Shown one piece after another: positions 53,741-63,967 of a DNA stretch of 64,000 nt. The stretch covers positions 8,167 through 72,166 of the forward strand of contig JBKOZZ010000025.1 in NCBI GenBank assembly GCA_046726155.1, given 5' to 3'. The translations under genes and the position numbers were made by a program. This stretch comes from Acidobacteriota bacterium (GTDB lineage: Bacteria; Acidobacteriota; Blastocatellia; Pyrinomonadales; Pyrinomonadaceae). The notes beneath the pieces are model-generated. The model did no database searches. It was not told the origin of the DNA and saw nothing but the letters and a program-made list of their open reading frames with translations. Positions within the stretch are counted from its first letter, which is position 1. The number at the start of each line of letters is the position of its first letter.

Positions 53741-53866
53741 AACGCTTTTACTAGGACCGCCGGCGTCTCGCCCGCATCGATCCGTCACCAAGATTGATTC
53801 ACTGTCAAGCTACTCGCGCTACGCGCTTGTTGCGGGCGAGACGCCCGCGGTCCCGGTGAAAAGGTT
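53741..53866. repeat. REPIN-like doublet, family B copy 2
   Basis: The left arm is aacgcttttactaggaccgccggcgtctcgcccgc and the right arm is gcgggcgagacgcccgcggtcccggtgaaaaggtt. The spacer is unrelated to that of copy 1. Confidence 0.7.
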
Positions 53867-53895
53867 GATCCTGCCAACGGTAGTTGATCGTCTGG

Positions 53896-55041
53896 TTAAT
53901 CGGCAATCGCCACCGTCAATTCGCCCAGCGGTGTCGATTGCGATGCATCGCCGAACGCCGACTCTTCGCGATTGACGTGGCGGTAGAGGATGTCTCGCTG
54001 CTGCGGAACAAAACCTGCTTCGCGTATCAGGTAGCGCAACATTTGTTCGTCCGCGCGATTGTGCGCGCCCGCGGCTGAAACAACATTTTCCTCGATCATG
54101 ATCGAGCCCATGTCGTTGGCGCCAAATCGCAGGGCCACTTGCCCGAGTTTTAACCCCTGAGTTAACCACGACGATTGGAAGTTTTCGATATTGTCGAGAA
54201 ATAATCGCGAGACTGCCAGCATTTTCAGGTAATCAACCCCGGTTGGCTCGTCCTTGATTCGCCGGCCGAGCGCCGTGTTCTCGCGCTGGAAGGTCCAGGG
54301 AATGAATGCAGTGAAACCACCGGTTTCATCCTGAAGATCGCGCACGCGTTGCAGGTGCCTGACACGATGCGCGACATTATCACCGATGCCAAACATCATG
54401 GTCGCAGTCGACCGCAAGCCCACACGATGCACGGCCCTCATGACTGCGAGCCATTCATCCGTAGTGCACTTCGTCGATACTCGTTTGCGCACCTCGTCAT
54501 CAAGGATCTCACCGCCGCCGCCGGGTAAACTATAAAGACCCGCCTCTTTCAGCCGCGCCATGATCGTCTCGTAGTCAAGTCCGGAAATTAAATGGATGTT
54601 GTGAATCTCGGGAGGCGAAAAACAATGCAGTTGAAAGTTTGGATATTTAGCATGCAGTGTCCGCAGCAGCTCCTCATACCACTCAATACCGAAATCAGGA
54701 TGCAAGCCCCCTTGCATTAGAACACCCGTACCGCCGAGCGCGATCGTCTCGTCAATTTTCTGGCAGATCTCATCGAGCGTCCGGACGTAGGTATCAGGCG
54801 CACCCGGGCGACGGTAGAAGGCGCAGAAAGTACAAACTACGTTGCAAACATTGGTGTAGTTAATATTGCGATCGATGATGTAGGTGACGATATTGTTGGG
54901 GTGCCGGCGCTGGCGAATCTCATCGGCGGCTACACCAATTCTCGCGACGTCTTGAGACTCGAGCAGCGTGGTGCAATCGTCAGCGGTCAGTCGCGTCCCC
55001 GCCACTGCCCTGTCCAGTATGCTCTGAATCTCGCTCGGCAT
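53896..55041 (-). CDS. mqnC: Radical-SAM menaquinone (futalosine pathway) enzyme, MqnC-type. I cannot fully exclude MqnE
   Basis: Contains IIDRNINYTNVCNVVCTFCAFYR (the CxxxCxxC cluster), MQGGLHPD and GGFTAFIPWTFQ. Confidence 0.7.
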   Translation of the reverse strand: MPSEIQSILDRAVAGTRLTADDCTTLLESQDVARIGVAADEIRQRRHPNNIVTYIIDRNINYTNVCNVVCTFCAFYRRPGAPDTYVRTLDEICQKIDETIALGGTGVLMQGGLHPDFGIEWYEELLRTLHAKYPNFQLHCFSPPEIHNIHLISGLDYETIMARLKEAGLYSLPGGGGEILDDEVRKRVSTKCTTDEWLAVMRAVHRVGLRSTATMMFGIGDNVAHRVRHLQRVRDLQDETGGFTAFIPWTFQRENTALGRRIKDEPTGVDYLKMLAVSRLFLDNIENFQSSWLTQGLKLGQVALRFGANDMGSIMIEENVVSAAGAHNRADEQMLRYLIREAGFVPQQRDILYRHVNREESAFGDASQSTPLGELTVAIAD

Positions 55042-55146
55042 GTTCTTAGTTTATGAGTTGGCTACCCAATAAGCAAAATGAACCCTCGCAAACTCCCACT
55101 CGGTGATACGGGTTGGGTCTAACCCCGGAACCGCAACGTTGTCCCA

Positions 55147-56085
55147 TTACGACTTCATGTATTGCAGCGGCTTGTTATCTTCGATCAAGCCATGTCTTAA
55201 AGCTAATTCAAAATACAACCGCATGCCTTGTTCCAGCGTTTCGTCAACCTGGAAAGTGATGTTGGTAGTCAGATATTCCCTGATCTCTTCCCTTGACAGC
55301 GGCAAATAGTTCTCAGATTGGGAAATAATACTGTCGATTTGCAGCAAACCTTCGTCGCGAGCGCCCGCGAAGTCCACGTTTTTGATTAACTCGACCGCGC
55401 CTGCTCGCAGCATCCACATCGCGAATATAAAACCGGTTCCCGTAAACCCACGCCATAAACTTGCGAGATCGAAAACATGAAGACCTTGCGCTGGTATTTT
55501 CATACCGGGATCTCCGATGAGTAATGCCGCGTCGTTGCTAGCCATCATGACTTCGAGATCGGGACTAAATGACTCCCATTGCGGCTCAAGTTCGAGAAAC
55601 TCGCGGAAAATGATCTTTACGAGCGCTTGAGAAGTTCGCGATGAAGTATCGAGAGCAACTTTGCGGACGTTCTTTAGGTCGTCATACTTGCTAACCAGCA
55701 CGACGCTGCGTACCGCCGAGTGGGAGCCAACACAAACTCCCGGCACAACTCGCACTTCCGGGATCCGTTGATACTCGATGATGGGAACCAGTGCCGCTTC
55801 AACCTGTCCGCGTGCAAGCAAATCAGCACAACGCGCCGGCGCCGCATCCGTGAGAAGGCGAGCAACGTTCTGTCGAGTTCCATACTGAAAGCTCCAAATC
55901 AACGGCGCTGTGTTTAGATAACTTGAAGCGGCCAGGCGCGGACAATCTCGGGTATTAGCGGTTGTAATAGGCAGCTCCTTCTTGAATACTTCGGCAGCGT
56001 CCGATGCTAACGAAATGATCGCAGATACGGCAAGCGGCCTGTTTTTCATTCTGATTAGTACGTTGACACCTTTCGAGAGCGACAA
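55147..56085 (-). CDS. mqnA: Chorismate dehydratase MqnA (VitK2_biosynth family). The N-terminus is probably over-extended
   Basis: Has the SSYLNTAPLIWSF motif and lacks the MqnD-type CPNDT. No in-frame ATG lies near the expected start. Confidence 0.65.
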   Translation of the reverse strand: MSLSKGVNVLIRMKNRPLAVSAIISLASDAAEVFKKELPITTANTRDCPRLAASSYLNTAPLIWSFQYGTRQNVARLLTDAAPARCADLLARGQVEAALVPIIEYQRIPEVRVVPGVCVGSHSAVRSVVLVSKYDDLKNVRKVALDTSSRTSQALVKIIFREFLELEPQWESFSPDLEVMMASNDAALLIGDPGMKIPAQGLHVFDLASLWRGFTGTGFIFAMWMLRAGAVELIKNVDFAGARDEGLLQIDSIISQSENYLPLSREEIREYLTTNITFQVDETLEQGMRLYFELALRHGLIEDNKPLQYMKS

Positions 56086-56163
56086 TTAATATGCGGCGAA
56101 CAATACACTTCACGCGGGTCGCCTGCGTGAGATCTCGAAAACTAACTAGCCTAACTTTATTCG

Positions 56164-56808
56164 ATGCAAATTTATGACGTCAGCGTGCCGCTTTCCTCGA
56201 CTACGCCTATTTATCCGGGCGATCCCGGCATAGAAATCAAACAATGTCGGTCGCTCGACAGCGGTGATGCCGCTAACGTTTCGCTCATAAACTTTGGTTT
56301 GCATTCCGGCACTCACGTCGATGCGCCAGCACATTTCATCCAGGGCGGTGACAAAGTCGATTCGCTGCCTCTGGAGAGCCTCGTTGGAAAAGCGGAGGTT
56401 ATCGAAGTGCCGGATCACATTCGCGCCATCGATGAAAGTTTCGTTGCCGCAAATTGTTCCGGAGGTTCTCAGCGAATTCTGTTCAAAACGCGAAACTCAG
56501 CGTTCTGGAATAACAGCCAGGATGGGTTTCGTGAAGATTTCACTTACATCGACCCTGCTGCCGCGAGGCGACTGGCTGAATCAGGAATAAAACTGGTGGG
56601 GATTGATTATCTCTCGGTTGAGCAGTTCAAGTCAGAACACTTTGCGACTCATCACGCACTGCTTTCCAGGAAAGTTGTGATCCTGGAGGGTCTTGATCTA
56701 CGAGCAGTCCCGAGCGGGTTTTATGAACTAGTTTGCCTGCCGCTCAAAATTGCCGGAGGCAGCGGCGACGGTGCGCCGGCCCGGGTAATACTGCGTACGT
56801 TGAACTAA
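56164..56808 (+). CDS. Cyclase-family protein / arylformamidase-like (KynB fold)
   Basis: Carries the HSGTHVDAPAHF motif. Confidence 0.7.
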   Translation: MQIYDVSVPLSSTTPIYPGDPGIEIKQCRSLDSGDAANVSLINFGLHSGTHVDAPAHFIQGGDKVDSLPLESLVGKAEVIEVPDHIRAIDESFVAANCSGGSQRILFKTRNSAFWNNSQDGFREDFTYIDPAAARRLAESGIKLVGIDYLSVEQFKSEHFATHHALLSRKVVILEGLDLRAVPSGFYELVCLPLKIAGGSGDGAPARVILRTLN

Positions 56809-56823
56809 AACCAAGGCGAAATT

Positions 56824-57213
56824 ATGGCTAAAACTACTACGGTGGATAATGCTGACAACGACTACCGGGAACGCGTTTTCCGAATCGTTCGTATGATTCC
56901 TCGTGGACGCGTCATGACCTATGGCCAGATCGCCGAAATTCTCGGTGAGGGCTACACGGCGCGGACTGTTGGGTTCGTCATGCACTCCTCGGATGACAAG
57001 ACGCCATGGCACAGAGTTATCAATGCGCAAGGTGGATGTTCCACCCGTGGCTTAGTTCTTCCGCATGACAAGCAGCAACGATTGCTGGAGGCCGAAGGCG
57101 TAAGTTTCAATAAGCGCGGCCGGTGTGAGTTGCAAGCGTATCTCTGGATTCCAGAAGAGCCCAAAGCTAAACCCAAAGCAAGCGCAAAGAAACAAACGTT
57201 ATTCAAAACTTAG
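56824..57213 (+). CDS. Alkyltransferase-like (ATL) protein: MGMT DNA-binding fold with Trp replacing the active-site Cys
   Basis: Contains IPRGRVMTYGQIAEILG and TPWHRVIN. The Trp codon TGG lies at 57007-57009. Catalytic MGMTs have PCHRV, while ATLs such as E. coli YbaZ have PWHRV. Confidence 0.75.
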   Translation: MAKTTTVDNADNDYRERVFRIVRMIPRGRVMTYGQIAEILGEGYTARTVGFVMHSSDDKTPWHRVINAQGGCSTRGLVLPHDKQQRLLEAEGVSFNKRGRCELQAYLWIPEEPKAKPKASAKKQTLFKT

Positions 57214-57305
57214 AGTCTGCTAAAGGACGACACATGAACAGAGATCCACTCGAGCAAAGAGCGCCCTATTCGGTTAGTCCACCGCGTTATTCGGTTTCGC
57301 ATCAA

Positions 57306-57647
57306 ATGGTAACTACAGCCTTTGAGCTGCCCAACTTTCGCATTACGCAAAACCTCGGTGTCGTTCGCGGAATTGTAGTGCGCTCACGAAACATCTTCGC
57401 GACGATTGGCGCGGGCTTGCAAACGATCGTTGGCGGAAACATTACGGTGTGGACGAAGCTTTGCGAAGATACACGCGCTGATGCGTTTGACATCATGATC
57501 CAACATGCGACTGAGATCGGGGCGAATGCGATCGTGGGCGCACGCTACGATGCAACGGAAGTCTCCGCGGGGGTTACTGAGGTGCTCGCTTACGGCACCG
57601 CTGTAATTGTCGAACCCGCAAGCGCCGAAGCGAGCTATCGCTCATGA
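57306..57647 (+). CDS. YbjQ/UPF0145-family protein
   Basis: Shows GVVRGIVVRSRNIF....GGN...........R..A...M...A...GANAIVG.RYD..............YGTAV, the YbjQ pattern. I prefer the ATG at 57306. Confidence 0.7.
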   Translation: MVTTAFELPNFRITQNLGVVRGIVVRSRNIFATIGAGLQTIVGGNITVWTKLCEDTRADAFDIMIQHATEIGANAIVGARYDATEVSAGVTEVLAYGTAVIVEPASAEASYRS

Positions 57648-58063
57648 CTGAGGGGAAGATTACCGCCGCCCAACTTCGACGGATTCAAAAGGCGATTGAC
57701 ACAGTCCCGTTTGCACGACTCCTCGGTATTGAGATTGACGAGGTTAGCAGCGGGACTGCTACTCTCGGCCTCACTATTCGCAAACAATTGACGCAAAACC
57801 ACGGCGTGGTTCACGGCGGGGCAATTGCTTCCTTGATCGATACAGCGACAGCTTTCGCGATAATTTCTCTCCTTGCGCCAGGGGAACGAGTGACAACAGT
57901 GGATCTGGCCATCAGCTATTTACGGCCGTTGACGGAAGGACGCGTGACGGCTGTAGCCAGAGTTTTGCGGTCCGGGAAACGGCTTTTTGTCGTTTCCGCG
58001 GAAGTGCTTGATAAGGATGGAAAGCTGGCAAGCACAGCACTTACCACATACATAAAGCTTTGA
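57644..58063 (+). CDS. PaaI-family hotdog-fold thioesterase
   Basis: Contains NHGVVHGGAIASLIDTA. Its start overlaps the previous stop in an ATGA. Confidence 0.75.
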   Translation: MTEGKITAAQLRRIQKAIDTVPFARLLGIEIDEVSSGTATLGLTIRKQLTQNHGVVHGGAIASLIDTATAFAIISLLAPGERVTTVDLAISYLRPLTEGRVTAVARVLRSGKRLFVVSAEVLDKDGKLASTALTTYIKL

Positions 58064-58113
58064 ATAACCACACCAAACCCTCCTCATACAACTAGACAGT
58101 AAATGTTTAACTA

Positions 58114-59700
58114 TTGGCGCCCGTGCCCTGTGCCGGGTCGACCATTGCGCAACTACATCGTTACTTCGAAGACGTTGTACTCGAGAACAATCTCGGTGCT
58201 CTAGTGGTCGAGAATTTGCCGACGTCTGCTGAGAGACCCGCCAGGGATATTGCACGTATCGAAGCGCTCGACAAGACCGCCAAAAATCTTTTTCTCTGGC
58301 TTAGCCCTCAGGATGCTCTCTCCAACATTTTGCGTAGGAGAGAAAATGAGATTACGAAATCTGTTGTTTTCGAACGAACCGCTGACGGTAACAAGTTTGA
58401 GCGTTTTGTCGTAATCGCTGACGCTCGCTTCTCAGCTTTGCTGGCCTCGGTTCACAATGCGGCTGAAGAGGACACCGCGCGCGATCTTTTCATTTGGACT
58501 TTCGAGCCGGACGTTGTTTACTCCGCTCTCGAATACTTGATGGCTCGCGTCACAGCTGAGCACTTGTATCACTCCAACGCCTTTGCGGAAGCTGTTCGTG
58601 CTTCGATGCCGAAAGCCACGTCGCTTCAACTTACGTTAGGAGTAACCACAAAACTCGCCCGGTTGTTGCAGGAACAGGCTGAACGCGAGATTGCCGTAAA
58701 CCGGCTCGCGACCGCAATCAGAAACTCTCTCGAACTTGACAGTGTTATGCAAACAGCGGCCAACGAGGTCGGCTGCGCACTCAACGTCCATTCCTGTGCG
58801 GTAAGAGTCGAGGGCGCTCTTCATGGCCGGCAGATGACCAGGTATTACCTCCGTCCTGACACCGCAACCGAAGCTGAAAAATCGTTGCTCAGTGATCTGG
58901 ATCTGGTTGCCAGGCGACTGGCAAATTCACCGCAGGCTTATGTTGTTGAAGGTGACGACTCCAGGTCGCCCGCAGTGTTTGCCGACGCTGTGGTTCCTCT
59001 TGTCGACAAGGGAAACGTCATTGGCCTGCTGTTAGTGCGTTCTGACGATGTGTCGCGCGGATGGGCTGAAAAGGAGCTGTTGCTTCTGCACACAGTGGCC
59101 GACCAGCTTACAGTGGCGGTTAATCAGGCACATATGTTCGCTGAAATGCAGCAACAAGCGGAGACGGATAGCTTGACGGGATGTTACAACCGCCGACCAT
59201 TTGAACTGCGTCTCGATCAGAATCTTCAGTTGGCCACTCGCATGTGCGAATCGTTTTCTTTGGTCATGATGGACCTCGACAACTTCAAGCAGGTAAACGA
59301 TCGAGCCGGTCACGAAGCGGGTGACGTTGCGCTCTGCATGCTGGCAGACATCCTGGGCACGAGCTTGCGAGCTGTCGATACCGCAGCAAGATTCGGTGGC
59401 GACGAGTTTGTTATAATCCTGCCTCAGGCAGATAGCGAGGGCGCGTTGCTCGTTGCCGAACGTTTGCGCAAACGCATCGAGCAAATAGACGTGCCGGGCT
59501 TCGGGCCGGTGACGTGTTCTTTTGGTATCGCTACCTTTCCCAACCACGCCTCATCGCGAAACGGTTTACTGGAAGCTGCAGATCGCGCCCTCTACGACGC
59601 CAAAAGTGCCGGACGTAATCGGGTCAGCGTTTTCGATATCTCTTCTTTTGCAAACAACGGACCGAGTGTCGAGATGGTGGACGCACTGCAGCGACTTTAG
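58114..59700 (+). CDS. Diguanylate cyclase: uncharacterised N-terminal sensor, GAF and GGDEF domains
   Basis: Contains RFGGDEFVIILPQA, DSLTGCYNRR and a GAF-like central region. The start (TTG at 58114 or GTG at 58123) is uncertain. Confidence 0.8.
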   Translation: MAPVPCAGSTIAQLHRYFEDVVLENNLGALVVENLPTSAERPARDIARIEALDKTAKNLFLWLSPQDALSNILRRRENEITKSVVFERTADGNKFERFVVIADARFSALLASVHNAAEEDTARDLFIWTFEPDVVYSALEYLMARVTAEHLYHSNAFAEAVRASMPKATSLQLTLGVTTKLARLLQEQAEREIAVNRLATAIRNSLELDSVMQTAANEVGCALNVHSCAVRVEGALHGRQMTRYYLRPDTATEAEKSLLSDLDLVARRLANSPQAYVVEGDDSRSPAVFADAVVPLVDKGNVIGLLLVRSDDVSRGWAEKELLLLHTVADQLTVAVNQAHMFAEMQQQAETDSLTGCYNRRPFELRLDQNLQLATRMCESFSLVMMDLDNFKQVNDRAGHEAGDVALCMLADILGTSLRAVDTAARFGGDEFVIILPQADSEGALLVAERLRKRIEQIDVPGFGPVTCSFGIATFPNHASSRNGLLEAADRALYDAKSAGRNRVSVFDISSFANNGPSVEMVDALQRL

Positions 59701-59869
59701 TTCAGGTCTCTGTTTCAGATCTCCGATACTAGTTTTTAACCCATTTCCCCGTCTTCATTCCCGCCTGAACGAATTACTCTGCCTGCCTTCTGGCGTCCTG
59801 AGGAAAAATCGCGCATCATAACCTCTCGCTGTTTAGCCAGAGATTGCGGGGCGTTGCGGTTTTTTCTGC

Positions 59870-61612
59870 ATGAATGATCTACGAAAATTTGCGCGGTATT
59901 TCCTTCCTTACAAGGTTGAGCTGGTGGCTGGCATCGTTTGCATTTTGGCCAGTGTCGTATTCAGTCTCTACATTCCGCTGATTGTTGGCCAGGCAATTGA
60001 CGCCAACTGGAACGAGGTCACCTGGTCGCGTTTGACAATGTCTGCGCTGAAGGTGCTGGGAGCCAGTGTTGTTAGCGGTACCTTTCTTTTTCTGCAACGC
60101 CGCATATTGATCGGAATGTCGCGCAAGGTTGAGTACGACCTGCGCCGAGATTTCTACGCGCATCTCGTCGATCAACCACAGGTGTTCTTCCAGGAGCACC
60201 GCATCGGCGACTTAATGGCGCGTGCAACGAACGATCTCGCCGCAGTAAGACAACTGGCTGGGCCGATGATCATGTATTCGCTACAGACTCTTTTCGTCGT
60301 AATCATCGTTCTGCCGCTAATGTTCCTGATTAACTGGCGCCTCACGCTGCTCCTGTTTATCACAATGCCACTGGTCTCCCTGACAGTGAAGTTTTTCGGC
60401 CAACAGGTCCACATCCGTTTCGAGAAAATCCAGGAGTTCTTCTCCCAAATCACCGCTCGCGCCCAGGAGAACTTTACCGGCGTGCGAGTTGTGAGAGCCT
60501 ATGCCCAGGAAGGCGCCGAGATTGCTGCCTTCAATGAATTGAATCGCCAATACGCAGAAAGGAATTTGGCCCTCGTCAGAATAGATGCGTTGATGCGACC
60601 GCTAATGCAGTTTCTGATAGGAATGGGTTTCGTGCTGATTGTCTGGGCGGGCGTGCCGGCGGCGATTCGCGGGGAGATCACGGTGGGGCAGTTTACCGTC
60701 TTCAACATGTATCTCTTCCGGCTGATCTGGCCGCTTATCGCCTTAGGCTATGTAGTCAATCTATATCAGCGCGGCACAGCGAGTTTGAAGCGGATGAACG
60801 CTATCCTCGCCATCGAGCCTTCCATAGCTGATTCCGGCAACGTGAAAACACAGCCTCCCATCAAGGGTCAAATCGAATTCCGGAATCTTACTTTTCGCTA
60901 CCATCCAAACGATGAACCGGTGCTGCGAAATATCAATCTGGTGATACTCGAAGGCCAGACTGTGGCTTTGGTGGGCCGGACCGGCAGCGGCAAGTCAACT
61001 CTGGTGAACCTGATTTCGCGCATTGTTGAAGCGCCCGCAGACACGGTGCTGGTTGATGGGGTTTCCGTTCGCCACTATCCGCTGACGCAGTTGCGCTCAA
61101 GCATTGGTTATGTTCCCCAGGAGACTTTTCTATTCAGCGACGCACTCGCTGAGAACATCGCTTTTGGCGTGGACAAGGCTGAACGACGGCAAATCGAATG
61201 GGCTGCCGAAGTCGCCGGACTGACGGAGGACGTGGAGGGTTTCCCCGATCGCTTCGCAACACTTGTGGGAGAGCGTGGACTGACTCTTTCCGGCGGACAA
61301 AAGCAGCGAACGGCGATCGCGCGGGCGATACTCCGGGAGCCGAAAATCTTGATCCTTGATGACGCCCTGTCGTCCGTTGATACCTACACGGAAGAAAAGA
61401 TTCTGGGAGAACTGCGGGGCGTAATGCGCGGCCGAACGAGTCTGATTGTTTCGCATCGTATTTCCACCGTTCGCGATGCCGATTTGATTTGCGTGCTCGA
61501 CGAGGGAAGCATCATCGAACAGGGAACACACAACGAGTTGCTTGCCGTTGGTGGAGAGTATTCGACATTGTATGAGCGACAGTTGCTGGAGGAAGAGTTG
61601 GCGCTGACTTAA
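59870..61612 (+). CDS. ABC exporter half-transporter (TMD-NBD), subunit 1
   Basis: Carries Walker A (GRTGSGKST), the signature LSGGQKQR and Walker B (ILILDDALS). Confidence 0.9.
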   Translation: MNDLRKFARYFLPYKVELVAGIVCILASVVFSLYIPLIVGQAIDANWNEVTWSRLTMSALKVLGASVVSGTFLFLQRRILIGMSRKVEYDLRRDFYAHLVDQPQVFFQEHRIGDLMARATNDLAAVRQLAGPMIMYSLQTLFVVIIVLPLMFLINWRLTLLLFITMPLVSLTVKFFGQQVHIRFEKIQEFFSQITARAQENFTGVRVVRAYAQEGAEIAAFNELNRQYAERNLALVRIDALMRPLMQFLIGMGFVLIVWAGVPAAIRGEITVGQFTVFNMYLFRLIWPLIALGYVVNLYQRGTASLKRMNAILAIEPSIADSGNVKTQPPIKGQIEFRNLTFRYHPNDEPVLRNINLVILEGQTVALVGRTGSGKSTLVNLISRIVEAPADTVLVDGVSVRHYPLTQLRSSIGYVPQETFLFSDALAENIAFGVDKAERRQIEWAAEVAGLTEDVEGFPDRFATLVGERGLTLSGGQKQRTAIARAILREPKILILDDALSSVDTYTEEKILGELRGVMRGRTSLIVSHRISTVRDADLICVLDEGSIIEQGTHNELLAVGGEYSTLYERQLLEEELALT

Positions 61613-61645
61613 TTCGTCACTGAGTAAACAAACGGAGCTTAGGCT

Positions 61646-62089
61646 ATGGAACTTGACCTGAACAAGAGATACCAAACGCTACTCGTCTTGTGGTTCGCCT
61701 TGCTGATGAGCATCGTCCTTTACTTTCTGTTCTCGGTGCTTGCGGCGCCCCAGATTAGTAGCGAGTTTGGTAATGCTCGCCGCTCCGCGTTGGCTCTCGC
61801 GCTAACGGCGATTGGTACTTTGCTCGTAATACTTTCGTTTGCTGTCAAACGAAAGATCCTTGAGCGCTCCGTTGAGAATCAAGATCCTAATTTGGTGCAA
61901 AAGGGTCTGGTGATTGCTTGCGCCATGTGTGAAGCCAGCGCGTTGCTGGGAGTGCTTGAGCGTTTCGTTATCGGCAATCGCGAGTCCTACCTGCTCTTCC
62001 TGCTCGCGGCAGCCGGCACTACTTTTCATTTTCCGCGCCGCAGCCAATTAGAGTCAGCCAGCTACAGAAACCCGGCCCAATTAACTTAG
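61646..62089 (+). CDS. Small polytopic membrane protein (147 aa, ~4 TM) inserted between the two ABC half-transporter genes
   Basis: ORF with four hydrophobic segments. It sits 33 nt after ABC-1 and 6 nt before ABC-2. GGAG lies upstream of the ATG. Confidence 0.5.
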   Translation: MELDLNKRYQTLLVLWFALLMSIVLYFLFSVLAAPQISSEFGNARRSALALALTAIGTLLVILSFAVKRKILERSVENQDPNLVQKGLVIACAMCEASALLGVLERFVIGNRESYLLFLLAAAGTTFHFPRRSQLESASYRNPAQLT

Positions 62090-62095
62090 GTAAAA

Positions 62096-63967
62096 ATGTC
62101 GACAGCGGTAAAACAGTTTCACGAAGAAGAAGCGATCGGAAAGACTTACGACTTTCAGATTGCCCGCCGCCTGCTGCGATACTTGCGCCCTTACCTCCGG
62201 CTGCTGATCCCGGCCCTGCTGCTGACTTTTGCCCTAAACCTGCTGGGAATCCTACAACCAAAGTTCACTGAATACGCTATTGACTGGTACATCCTGCCGC
62301 GCAAATCGTCGGGTCTTGAGTTGCTGGTTGGACTATACGTAGCCGTGCAGCTTCTGCGACTCGGCTTTTCCTATTTCCAGTCGCTGTTGCTCAACACCGT
62401 AGGCCAGTATGTGATGTTTGATATGCGGCGCGAGCTTTACGACAAGTTACAACATCAGGAGGTGGCCTACTACGATCGCAATCCGGTGGGCCGCATCATG
62501 ACGCGTCTCACGAGCGACGTCGATTCGCTCAATGAACTTTTCACGGCGGGGATCACGGATCTGCTCGGCGACCTCGTGATGATCGTCGCCATCATCGGCG
62601 TGATGTTATGGATGGACGTAAGGTTGACCTTTGTCACCCTCATGACCGTGCCGCTGTTGTGGGCGGCAACAACGTGGTTTCGCAAAGGCGCTCGCAAAGG
62701 TTACGACATGGTGCGAACACGCCTCGCGCGAATTAACGCCTTCCTCCAGGAACACTTCGCCGGTGCGCAGACAGTCCAGATCTTTAACGCCGAAGTGAAA
62801 TCGCTCTACAAGTTTGAACAGATCAATGCTGACTACCGCAAGGCAAACATTGATACGATCTTCTACTATGCGGTCTTCTTTCCGCTGGTTGATCTCATCG
62901 GCGCCGTGGGCGTCGCCCTGATCATCTGGTATGGCGGGTACCGCGTGATGCAAAACACGCCCGGACATACCGTGCTGACGCTCGGCGCGCTGGTAGCGTT
63001 TATCCAGTATTCTAGTTTTCTTTTCCAACCGATACGCGACATTTCCGATAAGTACAACGTGCTACAGTCGGCTGTCGTAGCTTCGCACCGTATTTTCAAA
63101 ACGCTGGATCTTCCCTTCGCTATCATTTCGCCGGCCAAACCCGCCAGGTCTGGTCGCGCAGTGGGCCATATTGAATTTCAAAATGTCTGGTTCGCTTACA
63201 AAGGCGACGATTGGATCCTTAAAGACGTTTCCTTCAAGGTCGAGCCCGGCCAGTCGATCGCTCTTGTCGGTCACACCGGCTCAGGCAAGTCTACTATCAC
63301 AAACCTGCTCATGCGTTTCTACGATGTGCAGCGCGGCCGTATTCTGCTGGACGGTGTCGACCTGCGTGAGTGGGACTTGCAAGCGCTGCGAGAAAACTTC
63401 GCCGTGGTGCTCCAGGAGATATTTCTCTTCAGCGGCACGATAGAAGGCAACATTCGTTTGGGACGGACTGACATCACGGAAGACCGTGTCAGATGGGCGG
63501 CACAGGAAGTCAGTGCCGAACCTTTCATAAATCGTCTACGGGGCGGCTATCAGGCCGAAGTGAAGGAACGCGGCGCCGGACTTTCGGTGGGGCAGAAGCA
63601 ATTAATATCTTTTGCGCGGTCGCTGGCGTTTGATCCGGCGATATTGATACTGGATGAAGCCACCAGCTCCATCGATACCGAGACGGAGCAACTGATTCAG
63701 CAAGCGATCGAGCGCGTGCTGCGGAACCGCACCTCCATTGTGGTGGCTCATCGTCTTTCAACAATACAACGCGCCGACCAGATCATCGTGTTGCATCACG
63801 GTGAGATTCGAGAGCAAGGAACGCATCAGGAATTGCTCGCGCAACACGGTCTTTACTGGAGACTCTACAAACTCCAGTACGCAGACGGAGCCAGGCCGCA
63901 CCAGCCGGCGTTGTCATCTGATGAAGAAGCGGCTCAACCTGCGGCTCAGGTACAGTTTAGCGAGTAA
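62096..63967 (+). CDS. ABC exporter half-transporter (TMD-NBD), subunit 2
   Basis: Carries Walker A (GHTGSGKST), the signature LSVGQKQL and Walker B (ILILDEATS). Confidence 0.9.
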   Translation: MSTAVKQFHEEEAIGKTYDFQIARRLLRYLRPYLRLLIPALLLTFALNLLGILQPKFTEYAIDWYILPRKSSGLELLVGLYVAVQLLRLGFSYFQSLLLNTVGQYVMFDMRRELYDKLQHQEVAYYDRNPVGRIMTRLTSDVDSLNELFTAGITDLLGDLVMIVAIIGVMLWMDVRLTFVTLMTVPLLWAATTWFRKGARKGYDMVRTRLARINAFLQEHFAGAQTVQIFNAEVKSLYKFEQINADYRKANIDTIFYYAVFFPLVDLIGAVGVALIIWYGGYRVMQNTPGHTVLTLGALVAFIQYSSFLFQPIRDISDKYNVLQSAVVASHRIFKTLDLPFAIISPAKPARSGRAVGHIEFQNVWFAYKGDDWILKDVSFKVEPGQSIALVGHTGSGKSTITNLLMRFYDVQRGRILLDGVDLREWDLQALRENFAVVLQEIFLFSGTIEGNIRLGRTDITEDRVRWAAQEVSAEPFINRLRGGYQAEVKERGAGLSVGQKQLISFARSLAFDPAILILDEATSSIDTETEQLIQQAIERVLRNRTSIVVAHRLSTIQRADQIIVLHHGEIREQGTHQELLAQHGLYWRLYKLQYADGARPHQPALSSDEEAAQPAAQVQFSE

